Assembly (NCBI GenBank): GCA_963667845.2
Contig: CAXXVL010000002.1
Location: 1,536,001-1,600,000 of the forward strand
Source: Smithellaceae bacterium
GTDB taxonomy: Bacteria; Desulfobacterota; Syntrophia; Syntrophales; Smithellaceae
Length of the DNA stretch: 64,000 bases
Reading direction: 5' to 3'
The translations under genes and the position numbers were made by a program. The notes below the pieces were generated by a model that was not told the origin of the DNA, made no database searches, and was given only the letters and a program-made list of their open reading frames with translations. This document shows, in pieces, positions 61,519 to 64,000 of the stretch. The first letter of the stretch is position 1. Every line of letters starts with the position of its first letter.

Positions 61519-61902
61519 ATGGCTGAAATAACGAAAGAAGATGTTGTCAAATTTATTGAAAATATGACGGTGCTGGAGCTCTCCGCTCTCGTAAAAGAAC
61601 TGGAAGAAAAATTCGGTGTATCCGCCGCCGCTCCTATGATGGCCGCCGTGGCGGCAACCGGTGCCGCACCCGCTGCCGCTGCTGAAGAGAAAACAGAGTT
61701 TAATGCCGTTCTCACGGGTTTCGGCGCTGAGAAGATTCAGGTCATCAAGGTCGTTCGTGCGATCACCGGCCTAGGTCTGAAAGAAGCCAAGGATTTGGTG
61801 GAAGGTGTTCCCAAGTCCGTCAAAGAAGGTGTTTCCAAAGATGAAGCCGCCGATATCAAGAAGAAGATTGAAGAAGTGGGCGGAACCGTCGAGATTAAAT
61901 AA
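61519..61902 (+). CDS. rplL: 50S ribosomal protein L7/L12
   Basis: [10 protein letters not shown] and [20 protein letters not shown] motifs. Confidence 0.97.
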   Translation: MAEITKEDVVKFIENMTVLELSALVKELEEKFGVSAAAPMMAAVAATGAAPAAAAEEKTEFNAVLTGFGAEKIQVIKVVRAITGLGLKEAKDLVEGVPKSVKEGVSKDEAADIKKKIEEVGGTVEIK

Positions 61903-61937
61903 GATAATTTCTTATAAACTATTTTTATAAGGATACT

Positions 61938-64000
61938 ATGGGTGACTTTAGAAAAAATTTTGGTCGTGTAAAGCAAATACAGGATATTCCTAATCTGATC
62001 GAGATTCAGACGCGATCTTATGAAAAATTCCTGCAAGCCGATGTGCCGCTGGCAAAGCGGCGCAACATCGGCTTGCAGGGTGCTTTCAAGAGCGTATTCC
62101 CGATTTCGGATTTCAGCGGAAAGTGCTCTCTGGAGTTTGTCAGCTACAAGATCGGTGATGTCCGGTATGATATGAAGGAGTGCATTCAGAAAGGCATGAC
62201 GTATGCTGCTCCTTTGAAAATTGTGGTCAGGCTGGTCGTGTTTGATACGGATCGTCTCGCCGACGGGAAGATCAATCGCGAAGCGGCTGAGACCAAGCCG
62301 ATCCGTGATATTAAGGAGCAGGAAATTTACTTCGGTGAAATTCCGCTGATGACGGAAAACGGCACGTTTATCGTTAATGGATCGGAACGGGTGATCGTCA
62401 GCCAGTTGCACCGGTCGCCCGGTATCTTTTTTGATCATGATAAGGGGAAGACCGTCGCTTCGGGTAAGTTGATTTACTCGGCGAGAGTCATTCCCATTCG
62501 AGGTTCATGGCTGGATCTGGAATTTGATTCCAAAGATCTGCTCTATGTCAGGATCGACAGGCGCCGGAAGATGCCTGTTACAATACTGCTCAAGGCCATG
62601 GGCAATTCGACGGAATTTATTTTAAACTATTTTTATAGCATTGAAAGAATTGCGATTGAGGGCGAAAAAATTTATTTTGCCGTCGATGAATCCCTGTCCG
62701 GCCAGAAGGCGCCGGAGGATATTAAAGATCCGAAGAGCGACGAAATCATTGTGAAGAAAGGCCGAAAGCTCACCAAGCCTCTGCTTAAGAAAGTCATGGA
62801 TGCCGGGATTAAGCGCGTATCCATTAAAGAAGCGGATTTAACCGGCAAAGTTCTTTCATCGGACGTTCATGATCCCGCGACGGGAGAAATTCTTTTCCGT
62901 TGCAACGAAGAGTTGCCGTTGAACGGGCTCGAGATCGCCCAGGAGAAGGGCGTCAAGGAATTGAAGTTCATTCACATCGACGAAGATCTGGACAATGCTT
63001 CGATACGCGATACGTTGCTCATGGATCGTATTGATAGCGCGGAAGACGCAATCATGGAGATTTACCGCAGACTTCGGCCCAGCAATCCTCCCACGCCGGA
63101 AACGGCAGCGAAGTTTTTCAACAGCCTCTTCTTTGAGCAGGAGACTTACGATTTATCGGATGTCGGTCGCGCCAAAATGAACTATAAATTGCGTCTCAAT
63201 GTTCCGACCGATTTGACGGTACTGCGTAACCAGGATATTTTGGCGTCCGTTAAGTATCTCATCGATCTGAAAAACGGCGTGGGCGAATGCAGTGTCGATG
63301 ATATCGACCATCTGGGGAACCGCCGCGTGCGGTCCGTCGGTGAGCTGATTGAAAATCAGTACCGAATTGGCCTCGTACGAATGGAACGGGCCATTAAAGA
63401 AAAAATGAGTCTGCAGGACATCGAAACCATGATGCCGCACGACCTCATCAATGCCAAACCGGTTTCGGCAGTTGTTAATGAATTTTTCGGATCGAGCCAG
63501 TTGTCCCAGTTCATGGACCAGACCAATCCCCTGTCGGAGATCACACATAAACGCCGCTTGTCCGCATTGGGGCCTGGCGGTTTGACGCGGGAACGCGCCG
63601 GATTTGAAGTCCGCGACGTTCATCCGACGCATTACGGCCGCATCTGCCCGGTTGAAACACCGGAAGGTCCGAACATCGGCTTGATCGTATCGCTCAGCAC
63701 TTACGCCCGTGTCAACGAATTCGGATTTATTGAGACACCGTACCGTCTTGTTGAAAACGGCAAAGTCCTCGAAACCGTAAAGTTCATGACGGCGATCGAA
63801 GAAGAAAACCAGATTATTGCACCCGCTGACCGGCCGCTCGACAAAAAAGGCAAATTTGAAGAAGAGCTCATTTCCGTCAGAAAAGGCGGCGACTTTATTT
63901 CGGTGCTGCCGGAAGAGATCAAAATGATGGATGTTGCTCCCAATCAGCTTGTTTCCGTGGCGGCAGCGTTGATTCCGTTTCTGGAGCATGATGATGCCAA
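61938..64000 (+). CDS. rpoB: RNA polymerase beta subunit (runs off the window)
   Basis: [55 protein letters not shown]. Confidence 0.97.
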   Translation, partial: MGDFRKNFGRVKQIQDIPNLIEIQTRSYEKFLQADVPLAKRRNIGLQGAFKSVFPISDFSGKCSLEFVSYKIGDVRYDMKECIQKGMTYAAPLKIVVRLVVFDTDRLADGKINREAAETKPIRDIKEQEIYFGEIPLMTENGTFIVNGSERVIVSQLHRSPGIFFDHDKGKTVASGKLIYSARVIPIRGSWLDLEFDSKDLLYVRIDRRRKMPVTILLKAMGNSTEFILNYFYSIERIAIEGEKIYFAVDESLSGQKAPEDIKDPKSDEIIVKKGRKLTKPLLKKVMDAGIKRVSIKEADLTGKVLSSDVHDPATGEILFRCNEELPLNGLEIAQEKGVKELKFIHIDEDLDNASIRDTLLMDRIDSAEDAIMEIYRRLRPSNPPTPETAAKFFNSLFFEQETYDLSDVGRAKMNYKLRLNVPTDLTVLRNQDILASVKYLIDLKNGVGECSVDDIDHLGNRRVRSVGELIENQYRIGLVRMERAIKEKMSLQDIETMMPHDLINAKPVSAVVNEFFGSSQLSQFMDQTNPLSEITHKRRLSALGPGGLTRERAGFEVRDVHPTHYGRICPVETPEGPNIGLIVSLSTYARVNEFGFIETPYRLVENGKVLETVKFMTAIEEENQIIAPADRPLDKKGKFEEELISVRKGGDFISVLPEEIKMMDVAPNQLVSVAAALIPFLEHDDA

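Noticed and set aside
61737..63989. Long antisense ORFs over rplL/rpoB, and similar ones over the fdh, mutase and MCP genes
   Set aside because: Antisense shadows of conserved, codon-biased genes.
1..64000. CRISPR arrays, IS elements, prophage, rRNA
   Set aside because: No spaced repeat arrays, transposase, integrase or phage motifs, or rRNA-like sequence seen.

Overview
Chromosomal window from an anaerobic deltaproteobacterium; gene content suggests a Syntrophales (Smithella/Syntrophus-like) syntroph, which is inference only. Left to right: a HesB/IscA-like selenoprotein missed by the ORF track; a secreted transglutaminase-like protein, Mesh1-like HD hydrolase and mpg; a self-contained type II fatty-acid synthesis operon that has an acyl-CoA dehydrogenase but no enoyl reductase; a PAS-GGDEF/CheY/CheC module and terC; a B12 acyl-CoA mutase operon with isobutyryl-CoA-mutase-type residues; cspA and a Cache+MCP pair; MoxR/vWA with two exported redoxins and TetR. 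Then comes a ~20 kb formate/Mo-W island: a ModE-like wHTH regulator, three selenocysteine formate dehydrogenases (each split at an in-frame TGA in the ORF track), modABC, FmdE, DUF364 and a molybdenum-storage-protein-like operon, all tied together by a recurring TATGTCA-N4-TGACATA palindrome. The right end holds housekeeping genes, a cysteine synthase-CysRS fusion with a diverged CysRS active site, amrBA, six tRNAs and the rpmG-secE-nusG-rplKAJL-rpoB cluster without tuf. No CRISPR array, rRNA or transposase was seen. All calls come from motif recognition by eye; no database searches were run.
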